This document shows, one piece after another, positions 12,801-25,700 of a stretch of DNA of 64,000 nucleotides. Position numbers and translations under genes: made by a program. The stretch lies in the NCBI GenBank assembly GCA_958009085.1, contig OY253685.1:620001-684000 (forward strand), in the 5' to 3' direction. A model generated the notes under the pieces. That model was given only the letters and a program-made list of their open reading frames with translations, was not told the origin of the DNA and made no database searches. The number at the start of each line of letters is the position of its first letter. Position 1 is the stretch's first letter. The DNA is from Protoeuglena noctilucae (lineage: Eukaryota).

Positions 12801-15800
12801 GCCGCAAGTTTGCATCACATCACGACTAATGACCCCGCATCCCATCTCTTCCATCTACCTCCCGCACCCTCCACATCCCCCCGCAGTCATCGACACCCTC
12901 TCCCGCCGCCGCGGCGCCACCCCCTTCCAGCGCCTGACCCACAACGAGCTGCTGCAGATGGCGGGGCGCGCGGGCAGGCGCGGCTACGACACCGTCGGCC
13001 ACTGCGTGTTAGTGCAAGGCCGCTTCGAGGGAGCGGATGAGGCGTTCGAGATTATCTCATCGGGACCGGAGGCCCTAGCGTCTCAGTTCACCGCTGGCTA
13101 TGGCATGGTGCTGAACGTGCTTGCGACGCGGACGCTTGACGAGGCGCGCGCCTTCTTGGAGAGGAGTTTCGGTTCGTATCTCTCTGGAAAGGGCCTGGCG
13201 GCTAGGATGAGGGAGGTGGAGGGGCTGGAGCAAGAGGCGGCTGAGGCGATGCGGCGGCTGAGGAAAAAGTACAAGGGACTGGGGGCGGGGGTGGGGGGGA
13301 GCGAGGAGGCGAAGAGAGAGGCGAGGTGAGGGGTTTGGGTGGGCGAGGGGTGGGTTGGGGGTAGCATTGAGGGTAGCAGTGGGGGTGGGAGTGAGGGTAG
13401 CAGTGAAGGTGGCGGTGTGTTAGTTGGGTGGTGGTGGGAGTGAGGGTGGCAGTGAGGGTGGCAGTGGGGGTAGCAGTGAGGGTGAGGAAGGAACCATTCG
13501 CATTTTTTCTGCCCATTATTGTTACCAACAATACACCAATCACTTTCTCCTTACCAGTAAATCCTCCACTGCCCCTCACCCCCAGGCGCCTCCAGTCCCG
13601 TTACGCCGACGAGAGTCGAACCCTCGACCTCTTGGAGAGCCAGCTGACCGAGGCAGCGGGGGAAGACCTCTTGGCTGCTTTGGCAGACGAGGAATCGGAT
13701 CTTTGCATGCCGAGGGTGGTGGGGCTGCGGCTGCCGGGGCCGCAGGGTGCCGTGCCGGCGCTGGCGATGGCGGTCGTGCCGGTCGACCAGATCACGTGTC
13801 TGAGCGAGGTGAGAGGTGTGGCGTGGGTAGGTGAATGAGTTTACATGGGGTGAGATTGCATGTATTTAGTTAGTGACTACTTACTATGAGCGGGCTTTTT
13901 TTTTTTTTTTTAGTAGTCACTAACTAAATGACGGTTGCGGTCCAGATGTCCTCTACTCACGCTCTCTCCCGCAGTTGCCTTCCGGCCATGAGCCCGCCTC
14001 TCTGCGCGGTGGCGATGCGGAGGGCGACAGCGGCGACATCGATGGGGAGAAGGAGGAGGGGTCAGGTGGGGACGGCAGAGGGAGTTCGCTGGTTGTTCGT
14101 TCACTACTATCAGTTGGTTGCAAATCCCCTCAAGGACCATTGTTGTAGTACTATCATCACTCGATGATAGTACTACAAGAGTGATGATGCACTCCATGAC
14201 AGCTAGACTTACTTCCACAACAATCAATCAATCAACCAACCAACCAATCATCACTCAATTGATAATCGCAGGTTCCTTGGATGATGACGAGGAGGACGAC
14301 GACGATAACAACATCAATAACGACATCGATAAGTATACCGATAACGACGACGCGACAATCGACGAGTCCGAGTCGTCCATATCCTGGCAGGAGCGCCTGC
14401 TGTGCGTGCTGAGGGACGGTCGCATTGTGGCAGTGACGCCGGACATGGTGGTGGCGGTCATGAGGGAGGGGCAGCCAGAGCTTGGGGGGGCGACGGCGGC
14501 GGTGGCTGAGTGAGTGGTGGGTGGGGGTGGTGGGGGTGTGGGGTGGTAGTAAGGGTGGTGGAGGTGGTGGTGGTGGTGTTGTGGTAGTAAGGGTGGTGGG
14601 GTTAGTGGTGTGGGGCAGTCACAGTGTGAGTGGGGTGTGGGGTGTGTAAAGGCGGTGGTAGCAGGGTGAGTGTCATTGTTGGGTTATCATCTCATCCCCG
14701 CCGTATCACCTTTTCCCCTTATCACCTTATCCTCGCAGGCATCTGGCGTCCCTGCCAGAATGGGATTTCAGGCCCTGGGGCGCCGATGCGGGGGGCAAGG
14801 GGTGGGCGGTGACGGGCACGGCAGACCGGAGAGGTGAGAATGCGGGATGTGGTGTGATGTGTGCATGATTGCAGGTTTGAAATGTGGAGGGTGGGTCGCA
14901 CACACAGGAGAGCATGGAGTGCCCATCCATTACCCACCCCTCCATGCACCCCCCCCTCGCATCCCCTTACCCCAACCCACCCCTCACACCCCACCTTAAC
15001 CCCTCTCCACCCCCCCCAGCCCCCCCCGTCGCCGTCCTCGCCCCGTCTGCCCCCTCCCGCACCCTCGGCCCCCTCATCCCCGCCTCCCTGACCGCCATGG
15101 ACCCCGCCCCGGTCCCATCAGCCCTCGCCGCATCCGTCGAATTCCAAAAGCGCATCGTCGATCGCGTGCTGAGGGAGCTGAGGGCGGTGGATAAGGCCGG
15201 GGCGGAGAGCATGCCCAAGCTGCCGCCCAAGGCCGCCAAGAAGCTCGCACGGGCCAACCGACTCATGAGGTGATTGCGAAAGATGTAGGTATCTTATATA
15301 TGACCATAGAGTATCATATGTTATCCTCATCCTCTCCCACCTGACATGCGACCCGACACCCAGACCCCTCCTCTCCCACCACCCCCCAGCCACCCCAACC
15401 ACCCCTCCAACAACAAAACTAATAACTTTCTATTCCTAATCCCCCCCCAGGCGCGCCGAGCGCATCCGCGAGGAGATCGAGGAGGACCGCGCCCGCACCT
15501 GGCGATCCTTCGAGGGATCGCTGACCGTGCTGCGGCGCATGGGGGCGGTGGAGCACGATTTGCGCGAGGGACGTGCTGTGGCGACCGCCCTGGGGGAGGT
15601 GGCGAGGGAGGTCCGGAGCGAGAACGAGCTTTGGATGGCGATGGCGCTGACCGGCCCGGCGGCCCAGGGTTTGCCCCCGGGGGCTCTGGCGGCGTTCGTG
15701 TCGTGTCTGACGGCGGGGGACGTGCTGGGGACCAAGCCGGGGGTGCGGTGCAGTTATGCGCCCACGGAGCAGGCGAGTGGGAGGGTGGGATGTGTGCTTC

Positions 15801-16299
15801 TACAGCGTTGCGACATTATCGATAGTAGCTCCTGCCTCCCTTCGCAGGTGGTGTTGGCTGCGGAGGCCCTGGAGATGTCGCGGGTTGCATTGGAGGATGC
15901 GCAGTCGGAGGCAGGGATCGCGGGGCCGGGGTCGACGGTGGCCATCGACGCGAGGCTGGCGGGGCTGGTGGAGGTGAGAGTGATTGCGTTTGCTGTTATT
16001 TCTGGCGTCTGTGGTTTTGGTTGCAGTCGCGCCAACGTCGTCACCCCACCATCACCGCTCACCCACCGTCCGTGCCCACCGCCCACCCCTCCCCCCAGGC
16101 CTGGGCAGCCGGCGCGTCGTGGGAGCAGATCACCAAGGACACGACGGTGGACGACGGGGACCTCGCGAGGCTGCTCTCTCGCGTGGTGGATGTGCTTAGG
16201 CAGGTGGCTCACTGCCGGCACCTCGACCCCAACATGCGCGCCACTGCCCGGGCCGCGGTCAAGGCCATGGTGCGGCAGCCCATCTCGGACCTCCTCTGA
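9816..16299 (+). CDS. ISE2: Ski2-like DExH-box RNA helicase, chloroplast ISE2 type, about 17 exons
   Basis: [92 protein letters not shown]-like end [18 protein letters not shown]. Arg/Ala-rich transit-peptide-like first exon. Confidence 0.88.
13357..13487 (+). repeat. Degenerate 12-bp intronic minisatellite (GTGAGGGTRGCA)n
   Basis: Repeated gagggtagcagt / gagggtggcagt / gggggtagcagt units in ISE2 intron 13326-13585. Confidence 0.75.
13864..13929. repeat. Perfect 18-bp inverted repeat enclosing a T16 tract, intronic
   Basis: atttagttagtgactact (13864-13881) and agtagtcactaactaaat (13912-13929); T run 13896-13911. Confidence 0.9.
14143..14178. repeat. Perfect 16-bp palindromic hairpin with 4-nt loop, intronic
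   Basis: ttgtagtactatcatc-actc-gatgatagtactacaa. Confidence 0.9.
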
Positions 16300-16705
16300 A
16301 TTTGGAAATAACCGGTTTTGAATGCGAACGCGGTGCGGGCGGCGACCTTGGCGGAATCCACCGCACGCAGTTTGATGTTGATGCCCGCTTGCGTGAAGCA
16401 AGCGGCTGTCGCTGTACTGTTGTATTCTAGTGGATTCACACGTTGTCGTCGTCGTCGCGGGGAGAAGGGACGCAGCGAAACGAGGCCCACCCCAAAAGAA
16501 ATTCAACAACCCCACCATGCCACACCGCCCCACGCCACGCCCGGCGACACACAGCGGCAGCCTATCTAAGCCCCAATCGAGCTCTCAAAGCCCTCCGCCT
16601 ATCGCGCCGCCCGTGTTGAGAAGTGAGAGTCCTTGCACTACCCTCTGACGCGAGAGGTGCGGCCAGAATCGGGTGCGCACCCACGCACCCCACGACTTTC
16701 AGCCC

Positions 16706-18237
16706 TTACGCCTTCTTGGGTGCGGGCCACACCTCCACCTCGTGGTTGGGGTTGATCTCGATCAGCGGCCGCGCGTTGACGCCGAGGCTGTCGCCCTTGG
16801 CCACGTAGCGCTGGAAGGCCAGAACCTGGTCCGCCGACGCGTACCCCTCGCGCTTGCACACCAGCCAGCGGACGCCCTCGCTGCGGGGGAGAGACAGAGG
16901 CCATGGTTGGTTGTTTTACGTGCTTTACTCATCAACAACCAACAACATGCTAGCCCTTGGGTGGGGTGACACCCTTGGCGGTCACGGTACCAGCGTGAGC
17001 GTGCCGGTCGCTCGCGTGACGTTGGCAGCGCGGGGTGCGCCCGTCACAACGCGCACCTGCAGGGCGGGGTGGTCAAAGAGCCCTGGTAGGTGATGATTTC
17101 GGTCTTGTTGACGCCGCCCGGGGGAAGGAGGTCTGCGGGATCTACCTGGCACTCGACCTTCGTGTTGACGAGGAAGGGCGCCGAGTTGAGGGCCGCGGAC
17201 AGCGCGCGGTTCTTCTTGAGGTTCGAGCCGGCGGAAAGCATCACGCCCAGCACCGCCAGGTCGTTCTTGCTGCCGCGACGGCGGTGCACGAGGTGCGCCT
17301 CCATCTCCGTCCGGCGCTCGTCGAAAGCGTGCTCCGACGGCGAGTGGAAGTGGAACTGCAGCAGATCGTACTGCGGGCGCGGGGAGAGGCGACGGAGAGG
17401 CCGTCGGAAGCCGCGCATCGCGAGCGAAAGCGGTGCGCCCTAATTGGAGGGAAACGCGCGGGCGATCTGCGGCATGTTCGGGAAAAATCCGCGCGAGTTG
17501 CAAATATAATGCCATTTTACAAAGACGTGTGCTTGCGCGGAGCGGCGAGTGCCGCGGGAGGCGCCGTCGCGGTCACACATGCGGATGAGGCCGACCTTTG
17601 GACGGTCACCGCGCGCAGGAGACGGCCGCTCAGGCCCGCGCGTCCTCGCCTGCGTGTCCCCGACGACCATAGAATTGGAACCCGGCGGGAAGTTGACCTG
17701 CATCGTGCCGTGGCCCGTGTTGATGCAGGATGCCTTGGTGGCCTGGTACTTGGTGATGATCTTGGGCGGGTCCTGGGTCACGGGGGTCCGGAGAAGGGCG
17801 GTGCGAATGTCAATCGGGCTCTGGTTGACCCCCTCGACGCAGAAGCCGCGCCACCGCGGGGGCCCGTTCTCGTAGCCGTAGCCCCAAACCTCGGCCTTGG
17901 CAGGGTTGCAGACAGGGCACACCACGGCTGCGGGAGCGCGCGATGCAGCGAGATTGAGCGATTTGACGCCCACTGCGGCGGCGCAGCGGCGCGGGGGCGA
18001 GGGGGCGCGGCCGCCGGCCGCGGGCAGCATCCACTCACAAGGGAACAGGGCGGCCCCCGCCGCCAGGACCGATCGCCGCGCAAGGGACGGCCCTCGCATC
18101 TCCTTATCTCCCCCATCACCCGTCACGCCCGCTTCGCCGGCTTCCCGGCTCGCGGCGCGGCATACGGCCACCCTCTGGGGCGGCGTCCGGACTGCAGGCG
18201 TGGAAGCCGGGGTCTTCAGGCTTGCGAGGCCCAGCAT
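16706..18237 (-). CDS. CAH3: Alpha-carbonic anhydrase, thylakoid-lumen CAH3 type
   Basis: WGYGYENGPPRW..C..GVNQSPIDI, NTGHGTMQVNFP, QFHFHSPSEH, EAHLVH (three Zn-binding His), LAVLGVM, YQGSLTTPPCSEGVRW; transit peptide with twin-Arg RRSVLA. Confidence 0.85.
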
Positions 18238-18792
18238 CTCGCCTTGCCGGCCGCGAACGCACGCAGACTAAGTTCGCGATGCGTTTGGGCGGGAAGGCGG
18301 GGAGTATTCCCTCGATGGGGCGGCGCAAGGGGAGGCTAGAGCGCGGCGTCGACGTCGGTGGAAAAGGCCTCGCCGCTCGTGCTAGCAGCTGCGGGGACAG
18401 GCTGTGTGCGTGCAAGATGGCGATTGCTTGCCGAACCCGCGTTATATGCTGGGAAAGGGGCGCTGGGCGAAGTTCCTACCACAGGACACGCTGTTCTGGT
18501 GGGTACGTGGCCCCCGTTCTTCAGCCCAACCGGACAACCGATGGCCACGCGGCTCTCACGGCGCTTCTTTTCGGCAAATTTCCCCGCGCGCCCGCCCCCC
18601 ACCGTGCGGGACGGGTTCCCGCCACGGTTCCTTAGGTCGCGGCACGCGCGATGGCCGCGCCTCGGCGCCGATGGCATCCTTTTGCGTTTATTGATTCTCT
18701 CGACAAGAGGGCTGGGCTTCAGATACGCCCGCTAGGTCCCTGTGCTGCACGTCGCATCCCTTGGCATTCTCTCACCACTCGCTACCTTTTCC

Positions 18793-19933
18793 CTACTGCG
18801 CCCCTGCTGCTGCGCGCGTCATCTCCACGATAATCTCTTTGACGGCCTTCCGGTCCTTGGCCTCCCTCGTCCACGGCACCCGCGCCTTGAAGGTCTGCTC
18901 GCCTTTCGAGCACTGGACGACCATCCCCAGGCGATCGAGCGAGAGCATCGATGCACGCTCGATCGAAGCCATCTTGGTGTAGCCCCGCACGATCGCCAGC
19001 ACTGCGAGTGAGCGCGGGTTACAGTTGCTGCAGCCGGTCACGCCAACATGCAGCAGCAACCCCTGCATGCACCCTGCACCTGCCACCACGCAACCATTGC
19101 ACACACTCAGCCCCTGCACACACTCTGCCCCCTGCATCCACCCAACCACAACCATCACACCCACCCACGCACCCGCGTCGGTGTGGTCGTCGTTCATGTG
19201 CGAGCACACGGGTTCGCTAAACTTGGAAACGGGGTCCTCCGCCGCCTCCACGTATTCTGCCCCCAGCACGGACCCCGCCCGCCCGAAGCCCGACACCAGC
19301 CGCGCCAGCTTGACGTCCTTCATGTGGAAAAAGCTGAAGTCGCCAAAGTCCACCCAGAAGCTCTGCGGGTGCTTGGCCAGAAAGGCCGCGCGGAGCTCGT
19401 CGCGCTCCGGGCCCTGCGCTACGATGCTGACGGTGCCCGTGAGGGTGACGCGGGCGTCCGACAGGCCCGACCAGTTGCGGGCGCCGACCGTCAGCGAGGC
19501 GCGGGGGTCGGCGACGAGGTTGCCGTAGTGCGCCGAGAGGCGGCTCAGGGCGAAGATGGGAAGGCCCTTGGCGTCAAGGGCGTAGTCTGCCATCGCGCCC
19601 GATGGGAACCCTGCCGTGTCGCCCTTCGCGTCGATCGTGGACAGCACCCCGTGAGAGCCCTGCATGATCAGGGACTTGGCCTCCTCGGCTATCGTGATCC
19701 GGGGGGCGTTCTGCTGAGACTCCCTGCGGCGCAGCGGGGGGGGGCAGGGGTGGGGCTTGGTTTGGACCCCAGGTCACCAACACTCGGGCCCGTTGAGACA
19801 CGAACCTGAACGACACGACCTCGGGGTCGACGTTTTCTTCGCTGACCACGCTGTCCTTGTTCACCTCGTGCCCCGTCTGCGACGCCCGTGCCGCGGCGAA
19901 GCGGCGCGGGGCCGGGGGCGAGGAAGGCCGCAT
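18793..19933 (-). CDS. HOZ: HugZ-like split-barrel heme-binding protein with DUF2470-type C-terminus (plant HOZ-like); 5' end uncertain, may extend to about 20140
   Basis: GFPSGAMADYALDAKGLPIFALSRLSAH, FLAKHPQSFWVDFGDFSF, DPVSKFSEPVCSHMNDDH, MLSLDRLG, FKARVPW...DRKAVKEIIVEM. Confidence 0.8.
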
Positions 19934-20353
19934 CGACGCGGCCCGCAGGAAGAGTCGGCCGCTTGCGGGGGATGCGCTGGTCGATGGAATAGTCTTTACT
20001 GCGGCGAGGAAGTCGGAAAAATCTCAGATAGGCTTTCGTGGCGCGTGCGGAAGCTCCTCATGGAACGCACGCTTCCGCGGCCCCCCGCGACCGCTACCAG
20101 CCCATCCGCTCCACGACGGCATCGCAGCAACGCCGAACATGTCTCTATCTTCGTCCCTGCACGCTCAAAGCTGGCGCAATCGCTTCAGCTCACCGAGCAA
20201 GCCCAGGCGGGTGGAGCAGTTGAGCAGGCTCGGCATGGTCGCCCGCCCGTATCGCATGTGCGAGAAGCAAACACGTCGATCGTGAAGCCTGGTCATTAGC
20301 GCCGCGCTCGCCGCGTCCAAGAGCTCCACAACGCCGCTGTCGTCAGAAGCGGG

Positions 20354-21070
20354 TCATCGTTCGGGGAAGAACCCCGCGGGAGAGGTGAAGTTTGCTGGCT
20401 CATCCCGTTCGCGTGCTCGAGACAAAGCCTCACGAGCGATGGCGAGCCGCGTTTTCAGGACGTGGGGAGCCGGTGGCTCGCCCTCCGTGCCGCCCCGTGC
20501 ACCCTCGCCCCTCCTCCCCAGCGACGCCGTCAGCTGGCGCTGCAGTTCGGCCACCGTCCGCGTCAGATCGCGCACGCCCATCCCATGCAGCGTGGCGGCG
20601 AAATTGTCGACCTCGGGAGCCGGTGCCGCCCTCGCGTCGGCGGCACGGGGTGGAGCCTGCGAAATCGTCCACTCATCCCACTCCTCCCACCACGCATCGG
20701 CCTCATCGCGCCGCGTCGGCGACGCGCCCCGCTCGGCCCTCCGCGCAAGCTCCTCCACCGAGCGCTGCAGCGCTTGGAACGCGTCGCCCGCGTGGGCCAG
20801 CCGGCACTTGTCGGGGTGCACGAGCCGCCCTATGGACCGGTACGCCGCCTTGAGACCCGGCGTGGACAGGTCTCCATGCTTTGCAGCTTCGCACACCCAT
20901 CCAGGCATGCGGAGCGCCTCGTCCCAGTCGTGAGTAGCAGCGCATCGAAGGACGTGGGCGATGGCGAACGCCTGCCGGATCGCCAGGTCCTCAGGATCGC
21001 CAACCGTCTGCGCGTGCTCCTCGACAGCAACAAAATCGCGGCTCTCTAGCAACAAAGAGAGCCGCTCCAT
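20354..21070 (-). CDS. DnaJ/J-domain protein, single exon
   Basis: LKAAYRSIGRLVHPDKCRLAHAGDAFQALQ, an HPD motif in J-domain helix context. Confidence 0.75.
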   Translation of the reverse strand: MERLSLLLESRDFVAVEEHAQTVGDPEDLAIRQAFAIAHVLRCAATHDWDEALRMPGWVCEAAKHGDLSTPGLKAAYRSIGRLVHPDKCRLAHAGDAFQALQRSVEELARRAERGASPTRRDEADAWWEEWDEWTISQAPPRAADARAAPAPEVDNFAATLHGMGVRDLTRTVAELQRQLTASLGRRGEGARGGTEGEPPAPHVLKTRLAIAREALSRARERDEPANFTSPAGFFPER

Positions 21071-22729
21071 ACTGCGTGGCCCTGATCACGCAGTGGCCGC
21101 TCAGCGTAATGGGAAGGACACGACATATGCCACTCGCATAACACATTTGTCTCGCGCAGGACACGAGAAGGCGTCGCATTGGCCCTGCCGAGCCTATTCT
21201 GGCGTGCATTGCCCCTTAGACTCAGGATTGCGTCCTGGCCTAGCCATGAGCATCGGGAAAAGGGTGTCGGCCGTGCACAGAAAACAGACAGGACGCGCGC
21301 CGCTGATGATGATGGGCGTTTGGGCAGGAGAGATGAGGGGAGAGAGCGCGTGACGCCCACCGGGCATGAACTAGCAGGCAGGACGCGTCATGGCGTCCCC
21401 GCCGGAGAGCGCAACCACGCTGCTCAAATCGGCTCTCGAGGCCGTCAGGCGGACTTCTTGGAACTCGGACTCGGACGAAAGGTGAGTGGGATCCTTGACC
21501 CTGCGAGCGCCTTCCTGCGGGGCCTGATTCCGGTTCTGTCGCCGGGCCTCGTGCCTTTAGTGTGTCCATCGTCATATGCCAGCGCTGCGGTGTACCGGAG
21601 CAGCGCGTTCGCTGCTTTCATGCCCGCGGTCGCCTTGTGGGTCACGACCGGGCCCTCTCTGCGTCGCTGGGGGCCGAGATGCGCAGACCCGGCTTCTTCC
21701 ATGTCGTCTGTTTGCGTCGTCCAGCGGCGATGGGCCAGGGCGTCGCCAACTACCCTCACCATGCCCCGCACCGCGCTTGCAGCTCTGATGACGGGCCGCG
21801 GCGTCGCACGTCCTCCGGCGCCGAGTCTGGGAGCCGGTCCACCTCTGTCGGAGGACAGACTCCGGCACAGGGCTTCCGACAGCGCTTGCAGCAGCTCATC
21901 AGCAAGACATCGCGGCCCGCGGGCAGGTGCGATGGCATTTTGCGGCCGCGGCACGCCGGCCGTGGATCATGCGAGCCGTCGCGACGTTCCTCAGTAGCTG
22001 TACCGCCGCACGCGCGGGCTGTTTATCGGCGTTCGTCCGTAGCCCGCGCGGGGCGAGGCTTGAGATGTGTTTTGTCCCCATTTCCTGCAGGACCGAGCGC
22101 CCTGCAGCTCCGGAGCTGGGCTCCTCTGCGGGTGGTCGTGACAGCGTGACGTCCGGTCCCAACGACAGCTACGCGACGCGCAATTCCCTGGACATCGCCT
22201 CCGCACATCGTGAGTTGATGGGGACGCGCGATGTTTCCCTTTCTGCGGGCCGCGAGGGCCGGAGCTTCGCGTCAGTGCTTCGTTTTGTCACCGCGATTCG
22301 TTTCTCACGCCCGCAGCGTCGCTCAGCGAGCGCCTGGAGAGCGCCGGCCGGGCGATGGCAGCGCGTGGCGCAGCCGTTGGGAGCCTGACCCTCGCGGACG
22401 TCATGGCCGTGCCTGATTCAGTCCTTTTCTCCACGAGCCGATCCGCGGACGGGGCTCAGGCCACTGCCAAGTCCGCATCGTCCTCCAATCGGTGAGCCGG
22501 TCGCAGCAACACGACACTCCCGCACCCCGCACCTGCCCTGCAGCGATGCACAGCACGCGACCGCTTCGTGATGCGCCATTCCGCCTCATCGCATCCAGCT
22601 GCACCCCGCCCTGCCTGCAGCGTGCCACCTGACCCGCTCGACGCGACTTCTGGCAGCGTCGGTCCGGCGGACCTACCGCCCCGCATATCTGCGACTGAGT
22701 CGCTGGGAACCTCCCCGAAGCCGAGCACG

Positions 22730-25700
22730 ATGGCCATGGCCCTTCTGCGCCAACGGGCGCTCGCCGCGGGTCTGTCCGCGAGCCCGGGAGATAGTCGGCG
22801 ACCTTCGTCCAGCGGAAATGGCCCCTCCTTTCCCGCTCTTTCCACGAGCAACGGCCCGGCCGTCCCCGCGCAAGCCGCGTCGGTCACTGGCGCCAATGAT
22901 GCCACCCCGTTCGTCCCCACCGTTTCGCCGGAGGGCCCCTGGGGCCTCGCGCCGGTGCCAGAAATGCGTGGCGGCGTGGTCAGCGCAGAGGCCTATCACC
23001 CCAGCCATGGGCACCCCGCCGGGGGCCTGACGGACTGGGCGCGGGTGGGGCTGGAGCCTGTGGAGCCCGCGGGGCCTTCGCCTGTTGGCTACGTGCCTCC
23101 GGGCGCACACGCACGGGGCGGCGTGAGCAGCGGGGTGCCGGTACAGAATGGGGGCCCTCGGGTGGGCTCGGTGTCGCCCACCGCACGTGGCGTGGTGTCC
23201 GGGGATGGCCGGGAGAAGGGCAAGCGGGGCAAGGGGCCTGCGGCGAACGGCGGTGCATCGGGGCGATACATCGACATGCTGCGGACGCTGCAGGAGGCAC
23301 GGGCGCCCGCACAGGCGAGTGGGTGTGGCACATGGTGCGAGCGAGCGAACGGTGAGGGAGATGTAGCCCCTAGATATGAAGGGAGCGGAACAGACCGCTA
23401 CCTGTGGCTCTTGCCCCTGCATTTCAAGGACACCCAGGCCAGCCTTGGGTCGCTGTTCTTACCATGTTTTCACCTGTCTTAATGCATCTCCCCTTCTCGT
23501 GCTTTGCAGGCTCCCGAGGGCACCCCGGCCGGCCCCGGGGGGTCTCTGTTCCCCGACGCCGTCTCCGGGGCACACGTGCGCGTGTGGGCCGAGCGGCTGG
23601 TGCGTCGGTGCGAGAGGGAGGTGCAGGCGCTCGAGTTGAAGCTGCGGGAACACCGCAAGGCGTGGAATGCGCAGCGGTGAGGGTCGGGGACAGGTTGCGT
23701 TGGGTGGGCGACGGTGGATGCGAAGGGAGGTGTTTAGCGATGAGGGTGGGGAATGGGTGGCAAGTTAAGAGCATGACTCACAGTCCACCTCGAATTGTTG
23801 TATCAATCGCTAGAAACCCCCTGTCGTGCTCTCTGTGCAGTGACGAGATGGCCTCGGAGCTTGAGACGCTGCGCCGGGCGTCGTTGCGCGCGGAGGAGGA
23901 GGTGGCGCACGCGGTGGCGGAGGTGCGGGAGGAGGCGCGGGCGGAGATGGATGCGGCGGAGGAGAGGCACCGGAAGCTGCTGGAGAGGCTGGAGAGGCAC
24001 ACCCGGCAGGCGCTCAAGGTGAGAGGCATTGGTAACTGTGGGAGAGGAGAGCGGGGCACACGGGGCAAGTTACTGGAGAGGCTGGAGAGGCACACTGCTA
24101 CTAGCCTCCAGTTGCATCGAATGTTTGTCAGTATGAGCGTGTGGGTGTGTAAGTGTGCATGGTGAACCAAGGTTGATTGTCAACTGCAGGCCCGTGATGA
24201 CGCGGCTTTGGAGCGACTGGAGGAGGCGAGGAGGGAATTGGAGGCTGGGGTGGTGCACTACGAGGCAGTGGCGGAGAGGTGAGGGGTGGAACGAAGACGC
24301 ACGAGGGTGTTGAGCGTCATGAGGCAGTGACGTATGCAGTGACTCGCTAGTTCTGCGGATGGACCCAATTGATTTGCTCGTATTGTTTCGTCAACCGTCC
24401 CAGGACCCTCATGGCGTATACGCGGGTGAAGGACTGGGCGAGGAGGAAGCTGATTCTCCGGGAGTGGCTGCTGCTGGCGAACCACTCGCGCGCTGCCAAG
24501 GTGCACGAGTCGCTGGTGCAGGTGAATGGCGGGGCGGGGGTGCGGGTGGGGGTGCGGGCATGAAGCAAGGCACGAGTGCGGGTGCGGGGTTTTCAGTCCC
24601 TACCAGCGCAAGCAGAGCCAGACCCGCCGGTACCTTGATAGCACGTCTCGAGCTTGCCAGCTTGCTTGTGCACTCTTTAGCACTTCGCTCCCGCCACTCC
24701 CACCCGCACCGTCCCCTACTACTCCCCACCCCACCCAACACAAACACAGGTGAAGGACCGAGAGCTGAAGCGCATCAAGGACCGACTGACCACGGAACTG
24801 GAAGAGGCGGGGAGGAGGCAGGTGCAGCGGCTCGTGATGCACACGTGGCGGCTGATGGCGTCGGGGGAGAGGGGCAGGGACGAGGTGGTGGAGCATCTGC
24901 TGCGGTACAAGCGGAGGTCGCACGCGCGTGCTGTGCTGCACGCGTGGAGAGAGCTGGTGCAGGAGGCAGGGTCACAGAGGGCGGCAGCAGAGCAACGGGC
25001 CGAGAGCAAGGCGGAGGCGGGGGCGCGCGCCGCGATGCGGGCGTGGGCGGCGGTCGCGGCGCGGCACCGGGCCGTGCGGCGGCAGCTGGCGGCGTCGGCG
25101 GCTGCCCGGGAGAGGCGGCTGGCGGCCACGGTTCTGGCGGCGTGGACGGTGCTGACTCAGGCGGGGCGAAACGCCAGAGAGGAGCGGGCGGAGCGGGAGG
25201 CCCGGGAGCGCGCGGACGGGGCCGCGGGGGAGCTGCGGCGGCTGGTGGCGGCGTGGCGGGAGGTGGCGCGGGGCAATGGGGCCAGGCGACACCGACTGGA
25301 GATGCTCATCAGCCGCGTGCAGGTGATGTCTCTCTCTTGAGAGCTTGAAGGAGGCCAGAGCACGTTCTCATGACATGCACATGAGATGCATCCATCATGT
25401 GTGTATTGCGCGCGCACCCCATCGCCCAGCCGCCTGCCTGCCACTGACCTGCCCAAGACACCACGCCCCCTCCCCCGCCCGCAGCTCCGCGTGCAGCGTT
25501 GCGCCTTCACCGCGTGGCTCGAGGTCTGCCGGGCCCGCCAGACCACGAGGTGGTGCGTGGAGACGGCGGCGAGGGGCCGGGAACGTCGCATGGCGCGATC
25601 GGCTTTGCTCTCTTGGTCTGCGCTAGCTGAGGACCTCTCGCGCGCCCGCGCCCGCGCGGACGAGATGCGCCGGGAGCGCGACGCGGCGGCGCTGGCGGAG

